64,000 nt of DNA from Gammaproteobacteria bacterium (GTDB taxonomy: Bacteria; Pseudomonadota; Gammaproteobacteria; JAIEPX01). The stretch is taken from the NCBI GenBank assembly GCA_019748175.1, contig JAIEPX010000004.1, forward strand, positions 49,115 to 113,114, in the 5' to 3' direction. The first letter of the stretch is position 1. Every line of letters begins with the position of its first letter. The notes beneath the pieces are model-generated. The model was not told the DNA's origin. It worked only from the letters and a program-made list of their open reading frames with translations, and did no database searches. Below, piece by piece: positions 58,449-64,000 of this stretch. Made by a program: the position numbers and the translations under genes.

Positions 58449-59999
58449 ATGAAAAAAGATAGACTGATCAAATATGGTGTATATTGCGCGGATTTTCGTT
58501 GGCATCATGGCGAACTCACTCTGTTAGAAATCGGCGATGGCTTTTATTCTGAATTTTACGGCGATTACAGCGATAACAAATTTTCTCTTCGCGACTTAAT
58601 TTATCAATATGTTGATAATGATTTGCAATCCTATGATTGTCCTCGCGTATATGTTTCTGCCATGCCCCAAACACTCACAGAACGTCGAGGCCTGAAGCGA
58701 TCCAATATGGTAGACGACGATATTTTAGGTCCAAGCCTAGGCCCCAATAAACACTACAGCGCATTCGAATTTTCTTCATGGAATGCCTCTACAATTGCTC
58801 TTAATGTCGTTAAATTAGAGTCATGTAGATTTGCAAAACACGAATATTCTGATCAAGAAACTATAGAAAGGCTACGGGGAAAACCAGAAAATAATCCATC
58901 CATTATATTACAAGCCTCTGATAGTTTTATTGCATGCAAGGGTGATAAATTTTGGTTATCTCAATTCCAAAAACAAGTTTCAACAAAAGCATTACCTCAA
59001 GATTTTATTATCGACCTTGGAAATCATAACCCTGCAACGTTGAATATTAATCTTGAAAAATTTTATGTCATCAAACCTACTGATGCGAGTGGTGGTGATG
59101 GCGTCCTCGTTGTCAGAGGTATTCACTTGATTGCTTTATTATCTGCAATCAAACATAAAAATCATAATGAGATTCCTGAAGCTCTATTAACGGATCAAAA
59201 ATTCATTGCAGGATTTGACTACCTCATTAAACGCATAAGCAATCTACTTGTAGTGCAAGAATATGCTCCAGCAGATTTGATAACAGTGGAAAATGAAGAG
59301 TTTTGTCCCACTGGTAGACTACTATTTACCGTAAAGCAATTTGATGACAACCGTGTTGTGGTTGAGGTGATACCCAACAGTATCTATTTCAAACTTCCAA
59401 GGAGCCCGTATATAAGTTGTTCCACAACAGGTTGTATCTCTGATGTGTATTACCAAAGAGAAGCTCGCGCCAAAGCAAAAAAAATCTCCACACTCATACA
59501 TGAATCTGTTCAACAACACATCGCGAAATCTTTTCTTACAAAAGCCACGCCATTGATGACAGAGATTTTGACGACACCACTTTGTTCTATGCTCGAAGGC
59601 ATTTTACAATCACCCACACCCAATGAAAGCAAAGAATATTCCCTCACAAGCCTAGGGCACTATCCAATTTACGAACTCACAACTGCCAACCTCAAAAACC
59701 TGGAACGCCTCGTCCACAACAATAATATCAGTCAAGCTATCTGGCATTCCTTTCTGATCCAACAACTCAAATTTTCCGTCCTCTCTTGCTACAACGAACG
59801 ACCCAATGCCGAACTCGCCGATTTCGTGATGACAAAAATCTACCACGGCCAATTCTCCGAACCTCACCTCAAAGAAATCCTTCACTACATCGAAACTGCT
59901 GATTCCACACCCAATCGCGATCGAAATCGTTTCAAAAACCTCATCCAACAGTTCTGCGAAGAAAACTTAAGGTATCTAACTCCCACAATTTCTATCTAA
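58449..59999 (+). CDS. hypothetical protein with a possible ATP-grasp/tubulin-tyrosine-ligase-like core
   Basis: 516 aa. FYVIKPTDASGGDGVLVV and LLVVQEYAP resemble the ATP-grasp phosphate-loop and hinge motifs (TTL: W[IV]xKP..S.G.GI, ..VQ.Y). The rest is unrecognised. Confidence 0.5.
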   Translation: MKKDRLIKYGVYCADFRWHHGELTLLEIGDGFYSEFYGDYSDNKFSLRDLIYQYVDNDLQSYDCPRVYVSAMPQTLTERRGLKRSNMVDDDILGPSLGPNKHYSAFEFSSWNASTIALNVVKLESCRFAKHEYSDQETIERLRGKPENNPSIILQASDSFIACKGDKFWLSQFQKQVSTKALPQDFIIDLGNHNPATLNINLEKFYVIKPTDASGGDGVLVVRGIHLIALLSAIKHKNHNEIPEALLTDQKFIAGFDYLIKRISNLLVVQEYAPADLITVENEEFCPTGRLLFTVKQFDDNRVVVEVIPNSIYFKLPRSPYISCSTTGCISDVYYQREARAKAKKISTLIHESVQQHIAKSFLTKATPLMTEILTTPLCSMLEGILQSPTPNESKEYSLTSLGHYPIYELTTANLKNLERLVHNNNISQAIWHSFLIQQLKFSVLSCYNERPNAELADFVMTKIYHGQFSEPHLKEILHYIETADSTPNRDRNRFKNLIQQFCEENLRYLTPTISI

Positions 60000-60200
60000 T
60001 CTATGTAGCCTATGGCCTAACCCGGCTTTTAAGCCCTTTTGTTTTTGTCTTTCCCCGCCTCTTCCTAGCTGCCTTCGCAGGAATGACATCAGTCATTTCT
60101 GCGAATCCTAGCCATTCAATTCAACCTATGCACCACCTTATTTCCTCCAACTCTAACATCCTGAAACCCTTACAGGAAAAGCAACACAGCCGTTTTTCAG

Positions 60201-60273
60201 AATTTAGTCAATGGCATTATCCAAATTTAGATAATCATATTTTCCAAATTTGGATAATGCCATTGACTAAATT
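60201..60273. promoter_or_regulatory. perfect 28-bp inverted repeat with a 17-nt spacer, 25 nt upstream of the AAA ATPase gene
   Basis: AATTTAGTCAATGGCATTATCCAAATTT (60201-60228) is the exact reverse complement of 60246-60273. Confidence 0.6.
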
Positions 60274-60297
60274 TAGTTTGAGTGCTAATCTATCAAC

Positions 60298-61683
60298 ATG
60301 AATAATCCTCAATTCTTAGTACACAATAGTCATTTAGACGGTCTCAAAGCCTTCGAGCAGCGAGATCCACATTGGCGGATGCTTGAAAAACAGATCTATG
60401 CATACCAACCCAAACTATTAGATGAATTACCCAAAAATACTCCCGGCATCTATACAATCACAGGTGGACGACAAATAGGTAAAACGACTCTTGCTAAGCA
60501 ATGGATGCATAAATTGCTGGTAGAGGGGATAAATCCTAAATCAATTGCATACTTCACTGGTGAAGTCATTGTTGATCATCTCTCATTGATTCAACAACTT
60601 CAGGATTACCTGAGCAAAATGCCCTCCGATCAAATAAAATACATCATCATAGATGAAGTGACTTACATCATTAATTGGGACATGGGTATTAAATTTCTCG
60701 CGGATGCGGGACTACTCGAAAATGTCATGCTGATTCTCACTGGCTCTGATACCGTCATTATTCAAGAAGCCAGAATGAGATTTCCAGGCAGGCGGGGCCG
60801 ATCAGATCAAGTTGATTATCAACTCTACCCACTTTCTTTTTATGAAGTCCTAGATTTAACAAAAGTCGTCGAAAATCTTGATGAAGTTTTAAATACCGAT
60901 ACGCCCAACGAAATTGTAATGGAAAAAATATATAAAGCCTTCAATAATTATCTCATCCACGGTGGATATTTAACAGCAATAAATAATTATGCTGAATCTG
61001 AGCACATCGACAAAGCCCTTCTGGATGTTTATTCCGATTGGATCCGTGGTGACATCATCAAACGTGGAAAAAGTGATCAATATTGTCGCGAATTTTTTAC
61101 TGCCATGAGAAATAGACTCAATAGTCAAGTTTCTTGGGCAGCGCTCGCAAAAGATTTCGCGATAGAACATCACTCCACTGTTGCTGCATACGCTCATTTA
61201 CTCATGTCTATGGATGCTATTTACATTCAACAAGCTCTTATAGAAGACAAACTTCTGCCAGCACCTAAAAAAGCAAAAAAATTAATTTTTACTGACCCCT
61301 TTATTTTTCACGCGATCCGAGCGTGGTTAACACCAACCGCAAATCCTTTTAAACAACAAATAATTCCAGCCATTCAAGACCCAATAATTGTTTCCTACCT
61401 CGTCGAAGCTTGTGTCACCAGCCAAATACGTCGCTGGTATCCAACCTACTATATCAAAGCCGAAGGCGAAGTTGATATCGCTTATATTAAAGACAACAAA
61501 TTCTGGCCAATCGAAGTAAAGTGGACTCAACAACTTCGCGCAAAAGACCTAAAACAAGTACAAAAATATCCCAATGGCATCATCCTTGCTAAACAGCGTG
61601 AAACCCTCAAAATCAATCACTTAACCTCATACCCCTTGCCGTGGTACTTGGCAAAGCTGGCTTATAAAATATTGAAGGCATAG
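60298..61683 (+). CDS. AAA+ ATPase of the AAA_14/DUF4143 family
   Basis: Walker A ITGGRQIGKTTL. Walker B YIIIDEVTY. The C-terminal EGEVDIAYIKDNKFWPIEVKW is the nuclease-fold-like E.D..E.K tail typical of DUF4143. Confidence 0.8.
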   Translation: MNNPQFLVHNSHLDGLKAFEQRDPHWRMLEKQIYAYQPKLLDELPKNTPGIYTITGGRQIGKTTLAKQWMHKLLVEGINPKSIAYFTGEVIVDHLSLIQQLQDYLSKMPSDQIKYIIIDEVTYIINWDMGIKFLADAGLLENVMLILTGSDTVIIQEARMRFPGRRGRSDQVDYQLYPLSFYEVLDLTKVVENLDEVLNTDTPNEIVMEKIYKAFNNYLIHGGYLTAINNYAESEHIDKALLDVYSDWIRGDIIKRGKSDQYCREFFTAMRNRLNSQVSWAALAKDFAIEHHSTVAAYAHLLMSMDAIYIQQALIEDKLLPAPKKAKKLIFTDPFIFHAIRAWLTPTANPFKQQIIPAIQDPIIVSYLVEACVTSQIRRWYPTYYIKAEGEVDIAYIKDNKFWPIEVKWTQQLRAKDLKQVQKYPNGIILAKQRETLKINHLTSYPLPWYLAKLAYKILKA

Positions 61684-62103
61684 GTAATGTATGAACCCAT
61701 ATTATATTAGTTCTTTATTGATATTTTTCGAATCCTCAATCTTCTTATGCAATACATAAGTCTGGGCAAGGCCATAATAATGAGCAGCCATATTACAGCG
61801 GATATTTTTTAAAAATTAGCGGAATCAAGTACTACAAATTAATACTGCTATGCTCTTTAGCATCGGTACTTGATATCGATTTTTTTATAGGCATCATATT
61901 TATGATATTTTTCATTCCAGTAGCGATTCCATTTCTGCTGATAAAAATGCTTACGTAAAAATACCCCAGGAAAGGAACCTGGTCAATATTCTAAACTCTT
62001 CGAATTCGACGGGTTTAAAACGCATACCGTCTACTTGCAAATGAGTATGAAATGAGAGGATACTCGCTTATATATGTATCCTTTCAATACAGGGAGAAAG
62101 TGA

Positions 62104-62403
62104 ATGACCGGTCAATGCTACTGGGTATATATTTTACATTGCGAAAACGACACCTACTACACAGGTTACACAAACGATATCAACAAACGCTATCAATCGC
62201 ACCTTGACGGAACTGGCAGATGTAAATACACACGCAGCTTCAAACCTCTGAAGATTGCTCAATGCTGGAAAATCAATGGTGATAAATCATTCTCAATGAA
62301 AATAGAAAGAATGATTAAAAAGTTGCCGCGCGCTGAAAAAGAAAAGTACATTGCTAATCCAGAAAGCCTCTCGCCTGATCCGCGGGTGGAAATAGTCAGG
62401 TGA
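62104..62403 (+). CDS. GIY-YIG nuclease-family protein (UPF0213/YhbQ-like)
   Basis: YWVYILHCENDTYYTGYTNDINKRYQSH is the GIY-YIG signature. 99 aa. Confidence 0.8.
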   Translation: MTGQCYWVYILHCENDTYYTGYTNDINKRYQSHLDGTGRCKYTRSFKPLKIAQCWKINGDKSFSMKIERMIKKLPRAEKEKYIANPESLSPDPRVEIVR

Positions 62404-62486
62404 AAATCTAAGCCCGAACCTACGACAGACACTATGTTGATGTAAACATCACTAGATCTCTGTTCTTTGTATATAATCTAACCACA

Positions 62487-63125
62487 TTATGAAACATATA
62501 TCTCAATTCGCTCACGACCTTTACCTGGGTTCACTCGTTTTAATCGAATAGCTCCCATTTCACCAGTGCGCTTAATATGTGTTCCTCCACACGGCACTTC
62601 GGAAAATTCCTTGATTTTCCAATATCTCATTTCATTGGCTTCGTCGCTGAATGCGCTTATTATTTCTTGGTTAGCATCGATGATTAATTGCGCCTCTTGT
62701 TGTAATTTAGCAATGAAAGGGGTCATATTTTCGCTCCACTCAAAATCGATGCGCGATTTTTCTTCGGCGATATGCGCGCCTACTTTTACAACATCGGGGA
62801 ATTGCTGACAAACTAATTCAAGGACTATTTCAGCAGCGAAATGCAGGCGCATTAACTTATAGCGACGAGGCCAGTCAATCTGAATCGTCACCGCATCGCG
62901 CACTTTTAAACTGTGATTTTCGGAGATTCTATAAAAAATTTCTTTGCCCACTTTTTTGGCTTCTAGCACAGCATAACCACCAATGGTACCGTGGTCACTT
63001 TCTTGCCCGCCTGAAAATGCATAGAAAATGGTCTCTGCGACACTAATTTGATTACCAGCAATCGTTCGCACAGTTGTGACTAATTCTGTCTGGTAAGGAT
63101 CTTCCCAAAATATTTTTTTTGTCAT
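62487..63125 (-). CDS. alanyl-tRNA editing protein (AlaX/AlaRS second-additional-domain family)
   Basis: MRLHFAAEIV (HxxxH-type zinc motif region) and EVPCGGTHI (CxxxH). 212 aa. Confidence 0.75.
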   Translation of the reverse strand: MTKKIFWEDPYQTELVTTVRTIAGNQISVAETIFYAFSGGQESDHGTIGGYAVLEAKKVGKEIFYRISENHSLKVRDAVTIQIDWPRRYKLMRLHFAAEIVLELVCQQFPDVVKVGAHIAEEKSRIDFEWSENMTPFIAKLQQEAQLIIDANQEIISAFSDEANEMRYWKIKEFSEVPCGGTHIKRTGEMGAIRLKRVNPGKGRERIEIYVS

Positions 63126-63189
63126 ATTGTTGCACCTCGTATCGAAATAACTATACCGCCGTACTCTGAAAATAAGACTTCACATTTCG

Positions 63190-63237
63190 TGCGTTATAGC
63201 GCATAATCAAGACAGTACCACTGTGCGCTAAAACGCA
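63190..63237. promoter_or_regulatory. two TGCG-N6-CGCA palindromic boxes upstream of the XRE-cupin regulator
   Basis: TGCGTTATAGCGCA (63190-63203) and TGCGCTAAAACGCA (63224-63237), with centres 34 bp apart. The second is followed by AAGCTTTTTTT. Confidence 0.4.
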
Positions 63238-63252
63238 CAAGCTTTTTTTAAG

Positions 63253-63822
63253 GTGGATCAATTGAAGAGCATAAATAAGCGCATCGCGATGACTTTAAAG
63301 GCTTTACGCCGTGAACACGGCTGGAGTTTAGATAAAACCGCTCAAGAAACAGGCGTCAGCAAAGCCATGCTGGGTCAAATCGAGCGGGAAGAATCCAGCC
63401 CTACTATTGCGACGCTTTGGAAAATTGCGAGTGGCTTTCAAACATCTTTCTCACCGTTCATTGACGATCTGTCGAAAAAAACAAATTATCCCATACGGCG
63501 TTCTGATAAAATTCAGCCTCTCGAACCCGCTGATAAAAAAATTCGCATCACGCCGCTCTTCCCATTTGATGAGCAGCTGCGATGCGAAATCTTTGTAATC
63601 GAATTACAACCTCATGCTGAATTACTGTCATCCCCTCATAAACCCGGTGTTATAGAACATGTGATTGTTGTAGAGGGAACCATGCAAGTCTTGTTGAACC
63701 GAACCTGGAAAGTATTGCGTGAAGGCGACGGTCTTCGCTTCGATGCACATAAAACTCATGGCTATAAGAATAACACTAATTCAACAGCTCGTTTTCATAA
63801 TATTATTCATTATACGCTATAA
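63253..63822 (+). CDS. XRE-family HTH regulator with a C-terminal cupin domain
   Basis: HTH LRREHGWSLDKTAQETGVSKAMLGQIEREESSPTIATLWKIA. C-terminal cupin-like HKPGVIEHVIVVEGTM..GDGLRFDAHKTHGY. GTG start. Confidence 0.82.
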   Translation: MDQLKSINKRIAMTLKALRREHGWSLDKTAQETGVSKAMLGQIEREESSPTIATLWKIASGFQTSFSPFIDDLSKKTNYPIRRSDKIQPLEPADKKIRITPLFPFDEQLRCEIFVIELQPHAELLSSPHKPGVIEHVIVVEGTMQVLLNRTWKVLREGDGLRFDAHKTHGYKNNTNSTARFHNIIHYTL

Positions 63823-64000
63823 CAAATAAGGCCGCAAAGGGGTCGTATATTGAGCTATGAAAGTTTTATTAATTCTAGTGATTTATTTAGATTAGATTAG
63901 TTTAGTTTATTTTTTAATTTCAAATAGAAAGGATGATCAAAAAGTTATTCGATAATGAAGTAGCCGAAAAAGAGTCGTCATTAGTTGACATAATGTTATA

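Noticed and set aside
60083-60301. 72-aa ORF upstream of the AAA ATPase gene
   Set aside because: It runs through the perfect 28-bp inverted repeat, has no RBS and shows no recognisable motif. It is more likely non-coding leader or promoter DNA.
61684-62103. 420-bp gene-free stretch between the AAA ATPase and GIY-YIG genes as a possible ncRNA or pseudogene
   Set aside because: I saw no convincing stem-loops, repeats or extended reading frame on either strand. It would need covariance-model or tblastx searches to say more.
1-64000. Search for rRNA, tRNA, tmRNA, CRISPR arrays, IS elements and integrases
   Set aside because: I scanned every intergenic gap over about 100 nt for tRNA T-arm-like GGTTCRANYC cores, regularly spaced repeats, and transposase- or integrase-like ORFs, and found none. 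This was by eye only. tRNAscan, Infernal and ISfinder would be decisive.
63943-64000. Possible ORF start (ATGATCAAAAAG...) running off the window end
   Set aside because: Only about 19 codons are visible, the RBS spacing is poor and the content is unrecognisable, so it cannot be supported.

Overview
This is a low-GC gammaproteobacterial chromosome segment. The gene content looks Legionellales-like (ProP-type MFS carriers, LuxR solos, patatin-like lipase, DjlA, Ser/Glu-rich protein tails), but that assignment is inference only.

Housekeeping backbone: parE (truncated at the window start) and parC, rsmJ, gshA-gshB, djlA-rpe, coq7, efp with its modification genes epmA and epmB, thpR, psd, cca, and a heme-copper oxidase assembly cluster (DUF2909, SURF1, ctaA, ctaB/cyoE, SCO). 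I recognised no rRNA, tRNA, CRISPR array, transposase or integrase.

Main accessory feature: a visibly AT-richer block of about 16.3 kb (about 25.1-41.4 kb) lies immediately 3' of intact epmB. At its far end sits a decayed second copy of the epmB 3' end: 68/68 nt identical, then a 141-nt in-frame deletion, then about 40 more matching nt. The block carries:
- a co-directional three-gene array: a PAS-LuxR regulator, an about 1837-aa NACHT-like STAND NTPase with pentapeptide repeats and a large beta-propeller, and a 1279-aa protein with a complete SecA-type DEAD motor behind an unknown 700-aa N-terminus;
- three further LuxR-type HTH genes;
- an EamA exporter, a SAM methyltransferase and a possible heme-oxygenase-like diiron enzyme.
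I regard the NACHT plus SecA-like pair as the best candidate for an undescribed system. It could be an NLR-like defence module or a pair of eukaryote-like effectors, and the sequence alone cannot decide.

Other notable items:
- a second, more diverged direct repeat brackets an nfeD-SPFH pair next to the island, suggesting an insertion hotspot;
- a tripartite hipB-hipS-hipT toxin-antitoxin operon has three operator-like 18-mers spaced exactly 72 bp apart;
- two large palindromes fill divergent promoter regions (a 38-bp perfect inverted repeat at gshA/djlA and an about 181-bp imperfect palindrome at epmB/efp);
- several orphan proteins look like candidate effectors.

All similarity statements come from reading the translations and the DNA by eye. 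No database search was run.
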